Shown here piece by piece: positions 26,581 to 36,406 of a stretch of 64,000 bases of DNA. The notes under the pieces are model-generated. The model searched no databases. It was not told where the DNA came from and worked only from the letters and a program-made list of their open reading frames with translations. Both the position numbers and the translations under genes were made by a program. The stretch comes from Alphaproteobacteria bacterium (GTDB lineage Bacteria > Pseudomonadota > Alphaproteobacteria > UBA8366 > GCA-2717185): assembly GCA_021774435.1 (NCBI GenBank), contig JAJFJB010000268.1:6798-70797 (forward strand), written 5' to 3'. How positions within the stretch are numbered: the first letter of the stretch is position 1; each line of letters begins with the position of its first letter.

Positions 26581-27276
26581 TTACTCGGCAGCCTGTTCTG
26601 AAGACGCGCCATATCGCTGCTTGAGTTCCGCGACAACAAAATCGATTGGCTCGACGTCAGCCATCTTCATATCCATGTCGAATAGATTTGCGCGATGCGC
26701 CGTGAGGCTCCGATCGCCAACGGCCTCCTCCGCCACGATAACCCGAAAATTATGAGAAAAGGCATCGTTGGCCGCCGCCCGCACGCAACCGCTTGTCGAT
26801 ATCCCGCAAATTACGATCGTATCGACATCGTCGTAGCGCAGGAAAGATTCAAGAGCCGTTTCGAAAAAGCACGACGCCTTGTTTTTATAGACAATGACAT
26901 CCTGTTCCCGAGGCGCGTAAGCATCCGGCCATTCATCGGCACGTGGGTCGCGGCTGTATATCATGTCGCCGGCAATACCGAGTTTGTCATTCCACATCCC
27001 CCGTCGGACCGGATGACTTCGGTCGTCACGCCGGCTGTAATAAATTGGCAGACTAAGATCGCGAAATATATCAACGATGCGCGTAATGTTTTCGACCAAA
27101 ACCGGGTCACCATCGCCACATTGCGGAAAGGCCGGGTCGACGAACATGTACGTGGTATCGATATTGAGCAGCGCCGCACGGCGGCCAAACCCGACCCGCT
27201 CACCAAATTTTCCCTTGGCGTAAGTCGCCAGTTCATCCGGCGGCAAATAATCCGCCCATTTGTCCAGTTTGCTCAT
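26581..27276 (-). CDS. Isochorismatase-family cysteine hydrolase (N-carbamoylsarcosine amidase / maleamate amidohydrolase-like)
   Basis: AALLNIDTTYMFVD (catalytic Asp region), KNKASCFF (Lys) and VDTIVICGISTSGCVRAAANDA (nucleophile Cys) are the family triad blocks. Confidence 0.8.
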   Translation of the reverse strand: MSKLDKWADYLPPDELATYAKGKFGERVGFGRRAALLNIDTTYMFVDPAFPQCGDGDPVLVENITRIVDIFRDLSLPIYYSRRDDRSHPVRRGMWNDKLGIAGDMIYSRDPRADEWPDAYAPREQDVIVYKNKASCFFETALESFLRYDDVDTIVICGISTSGCVRAAANDAFSHNFRVIVAEEAVGDRSLTAHRANLFDMDMKMADVEPIDFVVAELKQRYGASSEQAAE

Positions 27277-27423
27277 GAGATATAATTCTCCGATTGCGGT
27301 TCGGCATGAAAGCGCCCCGGTCGGGGTGGCGTCAAGGTTTAGCCATAGTCGCCAGAATTATCACGTTGGCGACAGAAGGATCAGCGGCTATATCCGCACA
27401 TCAAAGGAACTTTCGAGGAATTT

Positions 27424-28191
27424 ATGACCGGCAGCACCGTTTACCTTGAAGAGAACGACCTATGGATCCCGCAGCCCGTGGCGAAAGGACCCTTTCCCGG
27501 GCAGCATGGTGGCGCTATCGGCGCCGCGATCGCAAGCGCGATGGAGCGTTGGGCTTTACAAAACGCTGCCGGCCGGCCGGTTCAACTGGCCCTGAATCTG
27601 CTTCGCCCAACCCCACTTGAAGCCTTCCAAATCAAGATAGAGGCCATACAAACAGGCCGCCGGGTATCGGTGCTCCGCGGCGAGGCCCTCGCCGCCGGAA
27701 AACGTACCGCTTTCGCAACTGGAATCTTTACACACACCCATCCCGTTCCGACCGTGGAAAACCTTAAACCGGACGTCAGAGACCCTCTGGATTCGATACC
27801 TATCACGCTGCACGATCACCTGCCCTCGCCCTGGTTCCGCGATACCGTAGAGATGCGCCGCGCCAACGATGGGATCGTATGGATGCGGCAGGTCATTCCG
27901 CCCGTCTATCCCTTAACGCCTCTCGCGCGCATCGTTGCTCATGCAGATTGGGTTTCTGGCGTCGCCCGGCCTGAGACGCCGGACGCGCGCCAAGTCAGCG
28001 GCTTCCCCAATACCGACCTAACCGTGCACATGGTGCGCGAACCAGTCGGCGACTGGATTGGAATGAAGGGCGAGCCAATTTGGCAAGATGACGGGGTCGG
28101 CCTCGCTACAGCGGCATTGTTCGATGTTCAGGGGAAGATCGGCCGATCTGCGCAGTCCCTAATTCTGCTGCCGTTGACGAACGACGGCTAA
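27424..28191 (+). CDS. Acyl-CoA thioesterase-like (double hot-dog, TesB-like superfamily) protein
   Basis: 255 aa. The N-terminal FPGQHGGAIGAAIA pattern and the size fit the thioesterase-like superfamily. Assigned by pattern recognition only. Confidence 0.55.
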   Translation: MTGSTVYLEENDLWIPQPVAKGPFPGQHGGAIGAAIASAMERWALQNAAGRPVQLALNLLRPTPLEAFQIKIEAIQTGRRVSVLRGEALAAGKRTAFATGIFTHTHPVPTVENLKPDVRDPLDSIPITLHDHLPSPWFRDTVEMRRANDGIVWMRQVIPPVYPLTPLARIVAHADWVSGVARPETPDARQVSGFPNTDLTVHMVREPVGDWIGMKGEPIWQDDGVGLATAALFDVQGKIGRSAQSLILLPLTNDG

Positions 28192-28523
28192 AGAACGCCT
28201 GCCAACCCGAAATTGTTATAGACCACGATGGCATTGAGCGTGACAACCGCACCGACGCAAGCAAACACCGTCCGCGACGGCTGCAATAACACGATCGCCG
28301 CGGTAATTAGCTGCAGCCCTATCTTCGGAACCACCCACCACTCACCCATCGATGTCTGAAGCGCCGCAAAAAGCGGATTCACTTCAACCGCACCGGCCTG
28401 CAAGCCAGCGTTGGTGGAAATCACATCAAGAATACTGACCGTAATGACGGACAGCGCAAGAAGGAATGCCCACGGAAGCAACAAATTGGACGTCTGAAAG
28501 TCTGCTGTGCGTTGGAGCGACAT
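28188..28523 (-). CDS. Small membrane protein (DUF5658-like)
   Basis: 111 aa with 3-4 TM segments. The motif DVISTNAGLQAGAVEVNPLF resembles the D...T....G..E.NP signature of DUF5658. Its stop overlaps the convergent thioesterase stop by 4 nt. Confidence 0.55.
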   Translation of the reverse strand: MSLQRTADFQTSNLLLPWAFLLALSVITVSILDVISTNAGLQAGAVEVNPLFAALQTSMGEWWVVPKIGLQLITAAIVLLQPSRTVFACVGAVVTLNAIVVYNNFGLAGVL

Positions 28524-28700
28524 GGCAACCCCCTGGATGAATTGAGATTGAATAAAATTTTATGGATCTTATTTAATACGGTAGCGCTGATAATCGATCA
28601 CCCATTTGGGCCACTCGATAAAATTTATCCGGCATTAATCCTAATTGCCGTTACATTCGTCATCGTGGCTCCCAGGCCACCCATTGGGGTTTCTTTAAAT

Positions 28701-29576
28701 ATGCCGCTTTTTCGTCTTATTAGCCGAGTTTTTCCGCTTTTTTTGCTGTCATTTTTGATAGTTCCGGTGGCATCGGCGCAAAAATCTGTTGTTCATTGTT
28801 ACGAACCGGACCGTGCTGTCATTCAGCCCCGCATGATGGAAGATTGTAAGGGTCAAGTCGTTACAGAGGCCGAAGCAAGGCGGCTTAAGGCAAAACTGCG
28901 TAGCGATCGAATAAAGCGGGCCATGAAGCCGAAATCGGAACGCCATCGAGGGCCACGCGGACATGGTACCGGCTTTTTCGTCACTGATAATGGCATGGTT
29001 GTTACAAACAATCATGTCATCGCATCATGTAAAACCGTCATCTGGATCGACACTACGGACGGCCAGGAAGGCACGGCGACCGTCGTCGGCACCGACGAAC
29101 CGAACGATCTGGCGCTGCTCAAGACAACACTAAAAGCCCCCGCCACTGCCATATTCCGGACACCGGTCAATATCGGACGCGGTGGCGAAATTTCCGTTAT
29201 CGGATATGGCACCCATAAACTGGCCCCGATACGTCCAAAGCTTGTGCCAGGAAAATTCAAAGGCCCGAACCGGGCTGGCACGCGCTTACAAATGGATATC
29301 GCCGTGCGACCCGGAAATAGCGGTGGCCCGGTGCTCGATGCGAGCGGCCATGTCATCGGCGTGGTCTATGCCCAGTTGAACACGCCCGCCGTATACAAAA
29401 AGCAAGGCGAATTGATTCTCGATCGTGGGTTCGCGATTTCCAATCCCGTCGCCTTACGCTTTCTTCAAAAGCACAATGTTAGTTACCGCCACACAACGAA
29501 AAGTGAACCTCTTTCGCGGGAAAAATTATTTAAGGAAGCGAAACCTTTTATTGCACGGGTCAGCTGCCCGCGGTGA
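28701..29576 (+). CDS. Secreted trypsin-like serine protease (S1 family, no PDZ domain)
   Basis: Signal peptide MPLFRLISRVFPLFLLSFLIVPVASAQ. The catalytic triad contexts are TNNHVIASC (His), NDLALLK (Asp) and GNSGGPVLDASGHVIGVV (Ser). The track start (TTG 28512) would add two further hydrophobic segments, so the N-terminus is ambiguous. Confidence 0.75.
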   Translation: MPLFRLISRVFPLFLLSFLIVPVASAQKSVVHCYEPDRAVIQPRMMEDCKGQVVTEAEARRLKAKLRSDRIKRAMKPKSERHRGPRGHGTGFFVTDNGMVVTNNHVIASCKTVIWIDTTDGQEGTATVVGTDEPNDLALLKTTLKAPATAIFRTPVNIGRGGEISVIGYGTHKLAPIRPKLVPGKFKGPNRAGTRLQMDIAVRPGNSGGPVLDASGHVIGVVYAQLNTPAVYKKQGELILDRGFAISNPVALRFLQKHNVSYRHTTKSEPLSREKLFKEAKPFIARVSCPR

Positions 29577-30699
29577 CAAAGGGTTCATCGGTCGACATTT
29601 TATCAGATAGAAGTTTCGGCCCGTCCTTGCGTAGTACGACCATATCCTGAATATGCCAATGGCCGATATGGGGCTCCAACGCCAGAACCATCCCCTCTTC
29701 CAGCACGACATCGCTACCACGCCGCAAGATCGGCTCCTGCTGATGCCACCATGATCCGACGCCATGACCGACCAGAAGCGAATCGAAATTCCACCCGTCT
29801 GACGTAAACGCACCAACGGCGAAATCGTAAATATCACCGACTCGGGCGCCCGGCTGGCATTTGTCGATGGTTGCTCGGTAGATATCGCGGATTGACCGGT
29901 ATTCGTCGCGCTGTTCCTGGCTGGGCTCTCCAAAAATCAAGTTACGGGACTGATGCCCCGGATAACCGTCATGGTAGGCGACATAATCAGTCCGCATGAC
30001 GTCACCGGCATTGAAAACCACATCACTCTCTCCCGCATAGGGAATCGTGTTGGTGCTGGAATTCAGAATGCCGTGGGCCCAATTGAAGCCACGTTCCAGA
30101 CAGCCCGCGATAATGCGGCTATGGGCAAGCCTTTCCGTATCGCCCGGCCTCAATCCTGGGAACACATCCAGGAAAACATCGTCCAGCAAATCCGCGGCCT
30201 GCTTGATGCGCGCGACCTCGGCCGGTGTCTTGATCCAGCGGACGCGGTCCATAATCGCCGTGCAGTCGACCATGTCGAGCTTTGGGAGCACGTCCTGAAC
30301 CAGAGCCCAGTCGCGGGCGCTTACATAATCCTGCTCGAAACCGACCCGCGCCTCGCCAAGCCCGGACGTCTTCAGAACATCCGCAAGCCTGCTATACGGC
30401 GATTCGACGTAGCCTTCATAAATGACCTGACGCTCTATCCATGAATCTCGTGCCGCCAAACCAGCAGCCGTCCCATTGATGATGAGCACGGGCTCTCCGA
30501 TTCGCGGCCAAACAACCATCACCCCACGATCCGAGTCCGGGAGATCCAGCAACCGTGCCAGCGTACCGGGATAAGCGAAGCCGCTCAGATAGGTGAAGTT
30601 TCGACCGGACCTGGCAACGACGGCGTCCAGTTTATTTTCGTCGAGCACTTTGTTGAGGCGATCGACATTGATGAAAATTTCCGGTTTCGTTGCCGTCAT
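29560..30699 (-). CDS. M24 family metallopeptidase-fold hydrolase (Xaa-Pro dipeptidase / creatinase / ectoine-hydrolase-like)
   Basis: A creatinase-like N-domain (LDAVVARSGRNFTYLSG) is followed by a pita-bread C-domain with metal-ligand contexts (VMRTDYVAYHDGYPGH, GHGVG, LALEP). The start is set at ATG 30699. Confidence 0.75.
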   Translation of the reverse strand: MTATKPEIFINVDRLNKVLDENKLDAVVARSGRNFTYLSGFAYPGTLARLLDLPDSDRGVMVVWPRIGEPVLIINGTAAGLAARDSWIERQVIYEGYVESPYSRLADVLKTSGLGEARVGFEQDYVSARDWALVQDVLPKLDMVDCTAIMDRVRWIKTPAEVARIKQAADLLDDVFLDVFPGLRPGDTERLAHSRIIAGCLERGFNWAHGILNSSTNTIPYAGESDVVFNAGDVMRTDYVAYHDGYPGHQSRNLIFGEPSQEQRDEYRSIRDIYRATIDKCQPGARVGDIYDFAVGAFTSDGWNFDSLLVGHGVGSWWHQQEPILRRGSDVVLEEGMVLALEPHIGHWHIQDMVVLRKDGPKLLSDKMSTDEPFVTAGS

Positions 30700-30714
30700 C
30701 ACACCCACCCTTTC

Positions 30715-32217
30715 TTATGAAACGCCTGCGGATTGCCGCTGCCTCGACTGTGCCATAACCCAAGCCGGTGCCACCCCTAACAGTGCGATGATTGCCAGCA
30801 CCATGAACGCGTCATGATACCCCATCGTGCTTGCCTGCGCGTAAATCATATCACCTAAATAGTGAAACACACCTGGAGCCCGCACCGTCTCGGGCACACC
30901 GGCTTCGGCGAATAGCCGCATCAGCGCATCCGTCATTTCCTGACTGGTTTCACGCGCACCTGTCTGCGTCGACGCAAAAGCGTCACCATGGAACGGTATC
31001 CGCAGTTCAAGAAAGACAACAATGCTGTTCGTCCCCAACGCCGCGCCAAGCTTACGAATAAAGTTGATCGAACTGGCGCCTTGATTAACGAGATCGGACG
31101 GCAGCGATTTCAACGCCACCGTATTGGTGACCGGGCGGGTGAAGGCCGTGCCCGCCCGCATCAACAAGGTCAGCCCAACAATCGTCCAGAATGGCGTATT
31201 CACATCGGCTTGCGCCATCAAAGCAAATGCCGCCGCGAAAAACAGAAGCCCGACATAGATCATGTATTGCGGCGCGACCAAATCCGACAGTCGCCCCGCG
31301 AGCGGAAACAGGATCAGCAAAGACAAGCCAGCCGGAATCATAATCAGCCCGGCGTCCAGTGCGCTGTAATGCTGTATCTGCTGGACGAACAGGGGCAACA
31401 TGAAGGTCGAAGACAGAAACGCGCAACCGGTGAAGAATGCGATCAAAGCGGCTGCAGAGAACTGAATATTGGTGAACAAGGCGAGATTGACGAGCGGACT
31501 CTTGCCGTAGATTTGGCGCAACACGAACCCGATCCCGCAAAACACCGCGATGGCAAACAGACCGATTATATCGCTCGATGTCCAACCGAGCCGTTGACCG
31601 TAACTAAATCCGAGAAGGAAGCCGACCAGAGAAGCGCATAAAAAACCGAAGCCATAGAAATCAAATTTAGGAAATTCCTTTGGCATTTCGCGCGTCGGCA
31701 TGAACAGGTTGCAAAAGATCAGCGCGAGAAATGCGGTCGGTACCGATAGCAAAAAAACCGCGCGCCAACTGAATTCGGTTATCGCAAAACCACCCATCGT
31801 CGGGCCCAGCGAGGGACCCAGGACCATGCCCAGGCTATAGATTCCCATCGCGAACCCTTTGTCACCAGCCGGGAACACACGGAAGGTGACCGCCATACCC
31901 AATGGCTGAATAACGCCGGATGAAACGCCCTGTATGACCCGTCCCAGAATTAGGCTTTCCGGGTTATCCGCCAGGCCGCTCATCATGCTGCCTGTCAGAA
32001 AACAGACCAGTGCGATAACACAAGTCCGCCGCTCACCGATCACGGCGATCAACCAGGCGCTCAACAGCATTCCGGCCGTTTGCGCCGCGAAGTACCCGGT
32101 CGACAGAAGTTGCGCCTGATCTCGGCCGATGCCGAACGCGCCCATGATTTCCGGAAACGCAACATTCACGGTCGACCCGGCGAGCGCCATGGTCATCGTA
32201 CCCACCATGCAGGTCAC
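30715..32217 (-). CDS. MFS transporter, DHA2 (14-TM, EmrB/QacA-like) type
   Basis: 500 aa with about 14 hydrophobic spans and a GTG start. The N-terminal STVNVAFPEIMGAFG resembles the conserved DHA2 TM1 region. Confidence 0.75.
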   Translation of the reverse strand: MTCMVGTMTMALAGSTVNVAFPEIMGAFGIGRDQAQLLSTGYFAAQTAGMLLSAWLIAVIGERRTCVIALVCFLTGSMMSGLADNPESLILGRVIQGVSSGVIQPLGMAVTFRVFPAGDKGFAMGIYSLGMVLGPSLGPTMGGFAITEFSWRAVFLLSVPTAFLALIFCNLFMPTREMPKEFPKFDFYGFGFLCASLVGFLLGFSYGQRLGWTSSDIIGLFAIAVFCGIGFVLRQIYGKSPLVNLALFTNIQFSAAALIAFFTGCAFLSSTFMLPLFVQQIQHYSALDAGLIMIPAGLSLLILFPLAGRLSDLVAPQYMIYVGLLFFAAAFALMAQADVNTPFWTIVGLTLLMRAGTAFTRPVTNTVALKSLPSDLVNQGASSINFIRKLGAALGTNSIVVFLELRIPFHGDAFASTQTGARETSQEMTDALMRLFAEAGVPETVRAPGVFHYLGDMIYAQASTMGYHDAFMVLAIIALLGVAPAWVMAQSRQRQSAGVS

Positions 32218-32398
32218 CGTTGCCAGCCATTTATAGATTGGACCGTAGCGTTCGAAGAGCGCGTCTATCGTTTCAACTTGCGCGATGATGTAGGAACTCT
32301 CGACTGGTCGCGAAATAGCTTGATCGGCTCTTACACTATACAGACGATTGTTTCATTTTCGTAGTCAGTCAGCCCAGACGCACGGCTCTAATACGCGA

Positions 32399-33808
32399 TT
32401 ACGCCGCCTTCGGACCTTCGCTTTGGCGCTCGAAATCGGGCACGACCAGCGCATCAGCAAAGTCGGCAATCGTGTTCGAACTCTCCAGCCCCTCAACAGC
32501 GGAAACGATCCGCTCATAATCAACCCCGAGAGGATCCGTCAACGCATGCCCTTTCGCGGTTACGTCGCCGGTCGACATTGGCCGGACCGGCGTGCCGAGA
32601 CTATCGAGTACAGTGGCTTGACGTGTTGCGCCGTCGCGTAATGTCAGGTCAACACCCGTCGCCATCTTCGCCGGCACCATACGATCCAATTCCGGATCCG
32701 AAACCGCTTCGATACGGTCGACGATCGATAGAATTTTCTGATCGTCATGATGATCGGAGCCATAGGCATCATATCGCTGCGGTCCGTAGGCCAAGGTCGC
32801 GCCAACGATATAGGGCATCGAATATTGCGCTGCCATGACCGAATCCGGACGGCGCATCATATGACTGCCGATCGCCGTATTGGGTGCACGAACAGTAATG
32901 GAATCGATCTCACCGATGTCGACCGAAAATCCATCCGTCGCTTGCTCCAGTGCATCGATGAGCGAATGGAATTTCCGGCAACAAGAGTAAGGTTTAAGGC
33001 TGATATTGTGGATTTCAAGCGGCGCATCCTTCGGTTTCGAAAGCAAAGATGGGTCAGGATCGACGCCAAACAGCTTGAAGAACCCATAGCCGCCCTCCAG
33101 CGCCTGCACCGGCGCGGCGAGTCCAAGCCGCGCCAGCTGCGCCGCGATGACACCATTATGCGCCGGAATGCCCGCATGCATGCGCTTAACCATTGTTCCC
33201 TTCGGCTCGTATGCAAACTGACAGGCACCGCTCGACATCGATAGCGCAATGCCCCAGGCTTGCGCGATTCCCATTGCATCCAGCCCATAAAGCTTGCCGG
33301 CCGCGGCAGCCGCACCAAATACGCCAAATGTTGCCGTCGGATGAAAACCGCGGTTGATCACGCCCAGCGCGTTCGTGGCCATACCGACCCGCGCCATGAC
33401 CTCGTATCCGGCGACGATCGCGCTCATCAATTCCCGGCCACTTGCCCCGGTTTCAGTGCCGGCAGCGAGCGCAGCCGTAATAACCACCGCGCCGGGATGG
33501 CTCATGGATTTGTCGTGCGTGTCGTCCAACTCGTAGCCATGCGCGGAAGTCCCATTGACCATCGCTGCAGCATTTGCGCCGGCACGGCGGCCACTGCCAA
33601 TGAGAAGCACCTTTCCGTCCGCACCGTGCGCCGTCGCCCAGTCGGTTAGGGTCCGGCCCCACGGCTGCACCGCACCGCACAACGTTACACCGGCATAATC
33701 AAGAAGCAGCTTTTGAAGTTGCTCAAGATCTTCGGACGAAAGCTGATCCGCGTTGAAGTTGAGTGCCTCTTCGGCAAGCGTCAACGAAATTCCGGTATGC
33801 TCCGACAT
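32399..33808 (-). CDS. MmgE/PrpD family protein
   Basis: LLDYAGVTLCGA, NGTSAHGYELDDTH and GFHPTATFGVFGAAAAAGKL are MmgE/PrpD blocks. The start is set at ATG 33808, which is preceded by AAGGAA. Confidence 0.8.
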   Translation of the reverse strand: MSEHTGISLTLAEEALNFNADQLSSEDLEQLQKLLLDYAGVTLCGAVQPWGRTLTDWATAHGADGKVLLIGSGRRAGANAAAMVNGTSAHGYELDDTHDKSMSHPGAVVITAALAAGTETGASGRELMSAIVAGYEVMARVGMATNALGVINRGFHPTATFGVFGAAAAAGKLYGLDAMGIAQAWGIALSMSSGACQFAYEPKGTMVKRMHAGIPAHNGVIAAQLARLGLAAPVQALEGGYGFFKLFGVDPDPSLLSKPKDAPLEIHNISLKPYSCCRKFHSLIDALEQATDGFSVDIGEIDSITVRAPNTAIGSHMMRRPDSVMAAQYSMPYIVGATLAYGPQRYDAYGSDHHDDQKILSIVDRIEAVSDPELDRMVPAKMATGVDLTLRDGATRQATVLDSLGTPVRPMSTGDVTAKGHALTDPLGVDYERIVSAVEGLESSNTIADFADALVVPDFERQSEGPKAA

Positions 33809-33895
33809 GCCCTTGTTCCTTACCCTAGTTACGATGTTGCTCATCGTAACTCAGCCATAAACGGCCGCTGCCCGCAAGTTGGCGCCAGGTTGCCG

Positions 33896-34618
33896 CTACA
33901 TCTCCACACCCAGTTGCCGCGCCATATCAGGAAAACTATCCGCCACAATGTCATGAATAGGATTGGGTTCGGGGTCGGGTGGTCCCTCAGGGCCCCATTC
34001 GTCCGGTCGTTTCACGAAAGCCGTCTTGAAACCGACAGCCTTCGCCGCATCCAGGTCGAAGTTATGGCACGCCACCATGCATATTTCGCTTGGTTTGAGC
34101 TGCAGGTATTTCGCCGCGGTCTGATAGGATTCCGGCAAAACCTTGTACTTGCCTATCGCCTCGCAGGAGATCACTGCGTCCCAGCTTAAGCCGTTACGTT
34201 TGGCGGTATCGATGATGATCCGAAAGCTGAGGATCGTGAAGGATGCGCAGATAAATTTTTCGCGCAGCTTCGGCAGCGTCCCAGGGAAGTCCGACCAGCA
34301 CTGTAAATTATGCACGGTATCGTACCAAATTTCCCGGCGCTCCGCCTCGGTGAACGCATCCAGGCCAAACTCCACCACGAGCTCTTCCAGCGCCATCTGA
34401 TGCGAGCCATCGAAGTTATAGGCCGGTGGCTCCGTTTCACCGAGATTGATCATATTGCCGAGCGAACGGCGCCGGAATTCGTTCGTGATGTGGGTCCAGT
34501 CTTTTTCGATGCCATGCTTCGCGCCCGTCTTCGAAAGCGCTTTGCTAATTCCGGTATGCCAATCGAGAATCGTACCGCCGGTATCGAACGTTAACGCCTT
34601 CACGCCGTGCAGGCTCAT
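33896..34618 (-). CDS. HAD-superfamily hydrolase, haloacid dehalogenase type II-like
   Basis: The start is set at MSLHGVKALTFDTGGTILDW (HAD motif I DxxGT), preceded by AAGGAG. Later blocks are ASFTILS and MVACHNFDLDAAKAVGFKTAFV (motifs III/IV). The track N-terminal extension to 34894 is implausible. Confidence 0.75.
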   Translation of the reverse strand: MSLHGVKALTFDTGGTILDWHTGISKALSKTGAKHGIEKDWTHITNEFRRRSLGNMINLGETEPPAYNFDGSHQMALEELVVEFGLDAFTEAERREIWYDTVHNLQCWSDFPGTLPKLREKFICASFTILSFRIIIDTAKRNGLSWDAVISCEAIGKYKVLPESYQTAAKYLQLKPSEICMVACHNFDLDAAKAVGFKTAFVKRPDEWGPEGPPDPEPNPIHDIVADSFPDMARQLGVEM

Positions 34619-34781
34619 GCCATGCTCCTTTATTGATTGATTAGGCGAATTCTCCCATGAGATACAAAGCGTCGCAATCAACGGTTTCGTGAAATGTCCT
34701 CCGGTTCGCGCGGCGTTACATTGACCCTCGAACGCGCGCAGGCCAGTGTATCGGCCCAAGCTGGTGAACCGAGGTAACGCG

Positions 34782-35621
34782 ATGGAACCACAAATGCTGG
34801 GCAAAAACTTCGCCGTGGAGATTGTCGACGTCGATCTGGCCTCGTTGGACGAAAACGGTCTTGCGGAACTCCGTGACACGTGGATGCGTAACAAGGTCGC
34901 CGTGCTGCGTGATCAAATGATTGACGATGACACGCTCGTCGAATTCACACGGCGGCTGGGGCCCCTCTTCGTTCATGTACGCGATCAATACCACGCGGAA
35001 AGCCACCCCGAGATCATGTGCGTCTCGAATTTGGAACAGGATGGACGGAAACTGGGATCGCTCGGCAATGGCGATTTGCGGTGGCACACCGATCAGAGTT
35101 ATACGCCGCGGCCTGTTTTCGGAACCTTGTTATACGGCGTCGAGATTCCCGAGGATGGCGGCGCGACCTGGTTCTGCGACTTGGCGGCAGCCTATGCCTC
35201 AATGCCTGCAACACTACGTGCCGAAGTCGACGGTGAAACGGCGTCCTACTCCGGACTCAAGCCCGAATCGACAAAGAAGGCGCCGCTGCGCCCGGATCAA
35301 GTCGCGCGGATTCCTGACCAGCGACATCCGCTCGTGCGAACGCATCCTTATCTTGGCCACAAATCCCTCTATATCAGCCCGAACCACATCACACAGATCG
35401 GCGGCAAGTCACTGGAAGAAACAGAACAAATGCTTGATCGCCTCGTGGCGTGGGCGGAACAGCCCGACTTCACCTACCGCCACGAATGGCAAACAAACGA
35501 TATCGTTCTTTGGGACAATGCGTCCGTCATGCACCGCCGTGATGGCTTTCCATCCGAGCAGCGCCGGTTTCTGAAACGGACCGGCTTCCATTTTCCAGAG
35601 GAACTGGGTGTACCTTTTTAA
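34782..35621 (+). CDS. TauD/TfdA family Fe(II)/2-oxoglutarate dioxygenase
   Basis: FAVEIVDVDL, the HxD iron motif in WHTDQSY, FCDLAAAY, HPLVRTHP and WDNASVMHRR (distal His / 2OG Arg) are the family blocks. Confidence 0.85.
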   Translation: MEPQMLGKNFAVEIVDVDLASLDENGLAELRDTWMRNKVAVLRDQMIDDDTLVEFTRRLGPLFVHVRDQYHAESHPEIMCVSNLEQDGRKLGSLGNGDLRWHTDQSYTPRPVFGTLLYGVEIPEDGGATWFCDLAAAYASMPATLRAEVDGETASYSGLKPESTKKAPLRPDQVARIPDQRHPLVRTHPYLGHKSLYISPNHITQIGGKSLEETEQMLDRLVAWAEQPDFTYRHEWQTNDIVLWDNASVMHRRDGFPSEQRRFLKRTGFHFPEELGVPF

Positions 35622-35637
35622 GGTCGTCAGCCCTCAG

Positions 35638-36402
35638 TTATCCAATCGTCCAGCCGCCATCGACGATAAGCGCCGCGCCCGTAATTAGCGCGGCCGCATC
35701 GGATGCGAGAAACACAACCGCCCCCATCAAATCTTCCACCTGACCGATGCGGCCAAGCTTGATCTTTGAGAGGACATAATCCTTCATCTCTGGCACGGCC
35801 AGAAACGGCTTGGCCAGCGGTGTTTCTATGAAGGTCGGGCCAATTGAATTAACGCGAATGCCATGCGGTGCGAACTCCATCGCCATCGCTTTGGTCATAC
35901 CTTCCAATGCAAACTTCGAGGTGCAGTAAACCGTGCGGTTCGGGCCACCGACATGTCCCATCTGCGACGACATGTTGATCACTGACCCAGGTCGCCCCGC
36001 CGCCAGGAGGCCGTCGGTCACGACTTGCGAAACGAAATAGGCGGCACGGACATTCAACTCCATGATCGCGTCATAATCTTCGACCGTCGTGTCGGTCATG
36101 GTCTTCGGCCGGTTGGTGCCGGCATTGTTGACGAGAATATCAAACGGACCAGCCTCTGTTATGGCTGTGCGCGTCGCGTCGATATCGGTCACGTCGAGAG
36201 ATATCGTCGCCGCGCGACCACCGGCCGAGATGATCGCCTCCGCCGCGATCGCGATTTCCGTGCCCGTTCTCGCCACGAGCGTCACTTCTGCGCCCGCCTC
36301 CGCCAAAGCGGCCGACGACGCCAATCCGATGCCACGCCCTGCGCCTGTGACAATGGCACGTTTGCCGTCAAGACGGAAAGACGGTGTTTTGGGAAGCTCC
36401 AT
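35638..36402 (-). CDS. SDR family oxidoreductase
   Basis: The start is set at MELPKTPSFRLDGKRAIVTGAGRGIG (Rossmann TGxxxGIG). NNAG and the YCTSK catalytic Tyr-x3-Lys are present. The start lies 4 nt after the stop of the upstream HisD-like gene. Confidence 0.85.
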   Translation of the reverse strand: MELPKTPSFRLDGKRAIVTGAGRGIGLASSAALAEAGAEVTLVARTGTEIAIAAEAIISAGGRAATISLDVTDIDATRTAITEAGPFDILVNNAGTNRPKTMTDTTVEDYDAIMELNVRAAYFVSQVVTDGLLAAGRPGSVINMSSQMGHVGGPNRTVYCTSKFALEGMTKAMAMEFAPHGIRVNSIGPTFIETPLAKPFLAVPEMKDYVLSKIKLGRIGQVEDLMGAVVFLASDAAALITGAALIVDGGWTIG

Positions 36403-36406
36403 ATTC

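Noticed and set aside
33896-34894. Over-extended N-termini in the ORF track. Examples are HAD 34894, SDR 36537, IscR-like 56507, SufR-like 53615, SufD 50858, beta-helix 11190, D-Cys desulfhydrase 13776, MFS 5361, SDR 40895, TauD 34746 and the protease 28512.
   Set aside because: The extensions overlap upstream genes or give non-homologous Arg/Ser-rich peptides. In each case an internal ATG or GTG with a Shine-Dalgarno motif coincides with the start of family homology, so the shorter models were used.
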